Part shown: in pieces, positions 63,677-64,000 of the stretch
Layout: each line of letters begins with the position of its first letter
Position numbering within the stretch: the stretch's first letter is position 1
Virus record (IMG/VR): IMGVR_UViG_3300044971_004534
Strand: one strand, 5' to 3'
Length of the DNA: 64,000 nucleotides
Origin: a virus
Notes under the pieces: model-generated
Told to the model about the DNA's origin: nothing
Databases searched by the model: none
Seen by the model: only the letters and a program-made list of their open reading frames with translations
Position numbers and translations under genes: made by a program

Positions 63677-64000
63677 ATGGCACCAAAAGAAGATAAATCA
63701 GATAATGATTCTATGAATAAACTAAATTTTATTTCTAATATAGGTCAAACTTTTTGGACTGTTATTGTTGGTGCTGGAGTGTTTTTTGCAACCATGTATT
63801 CAACTCAATCTGTAGTAAATACTAGAATATCTTATATAGAAGAAGAAATACATAGCTTGCAGCAAAGTGACAAAAAAATAAGTGACGATCTTCAAAATTT
63901 AAGTACTAAGCAGAATACAATATTGATGGATATTTCAAATAGGCTTAGGGACATGGAAGTAAAGCTAACAGAATTGCAAGTTAGAGTGCTTTACGCTCTT
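63677..64000 (+). CDS. hypothetical membrane-anchored coiled-coil protein (3' end outside window)
   Basis: SD (AAGGAG) 8 nt upstream of ATG 63677. The frame is open to the window end (108 codons). Contains a hydrophobic segment (FWTVIVGAGVFFATMY) followed by coiled-coil heptads. Not in the ORF track because no stop lies inside the window. Confidence 0.6.
   Translation, partial: MAPKEDKSDNDSMNKLNFISNIGQTFWTVIVGAGVFFATMYSTQSVVNTRISYIEEEIHSLQQSDKKISDDLQNLSTKQNTILMDISNRLRDMEVKLTELQVRVLYAL

Noticed and set aside
1-64000. Search for CRISPR arrays, tRNA/rRNA genes, integrase or transposase genes, reverse transcriptase (DGR), and toxin-antitoxin pairs
   Set aside because: No direct-repeat/spacer architecture, no cloverleaf-like GC-rich islands in the tiny intergenic gaps, and no YxDD or integrase motifs were seen in any ORF. 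Absence is based on reading by eye only.

Overview
This window looks like part of a large, AT-rich tailed-phage (jumbo-phage-like) genome or prophage. I could not identify the element or its host. About 60 tightly packed genes all lie on the + strand. Many use Shine-Dalgarno sites and overlapping stop/start junctions (ATGA, TAATG). No tRNA, rRNA, CRISPR array, integrase or transposase was seen. The window has four parts. (1) 1-19.7 kb is a bacterial-type replication and recombination module. It holds an SF2 helicase, an IF3 homologue, a DnaC-like loader, DnaB, a stand-alone primase zinc finger, DnaE split into two ORFs, an SSB-like protein, RecA, a primase catalytic core without a zinc finger, a Cas4-like nuclease, a SpoVS-like protein, a glutaredoxin-like protein and UvrD. 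(2) 19.6-24.7 kb is a nonulosonic-acid (sialic/KDN-like) cassette. It holds two GT42/Maf-like transferases, NeuA-like, NeuB-like and KdsC-type phosphatase genes, and a GT4 glycosyltransferase. (3) 24.7-38.1 kb is mostly small unknown ORFs. It also contains a dNMP-kinase-like gene, a dnaX-like clamp loader, a sigma factor, a beta-clamp-like gene, an SDR epimerase and a RuvC-like resolvase. The only clear rho-independent terminator is at about 27.16-27.20 kb. (4) 38.1-63.6 kb holds three translationally coupled giant genes of 1946, 3931 and 2617 aa. They carry poly-Ser linkers, an FG-GAP-like propeller, NHL-like propellers, Cys-rich modules, a Hint/intein-like domain that looks unable to splice, and a canonical dockerin. 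The most interesting candidates are the giant modular Hint+dockerin proteins and their possible link to the phage-encoded nonulosonic-acid glycosylation cassette. All functional calls rest on motif recognition by eye. No database search was run.
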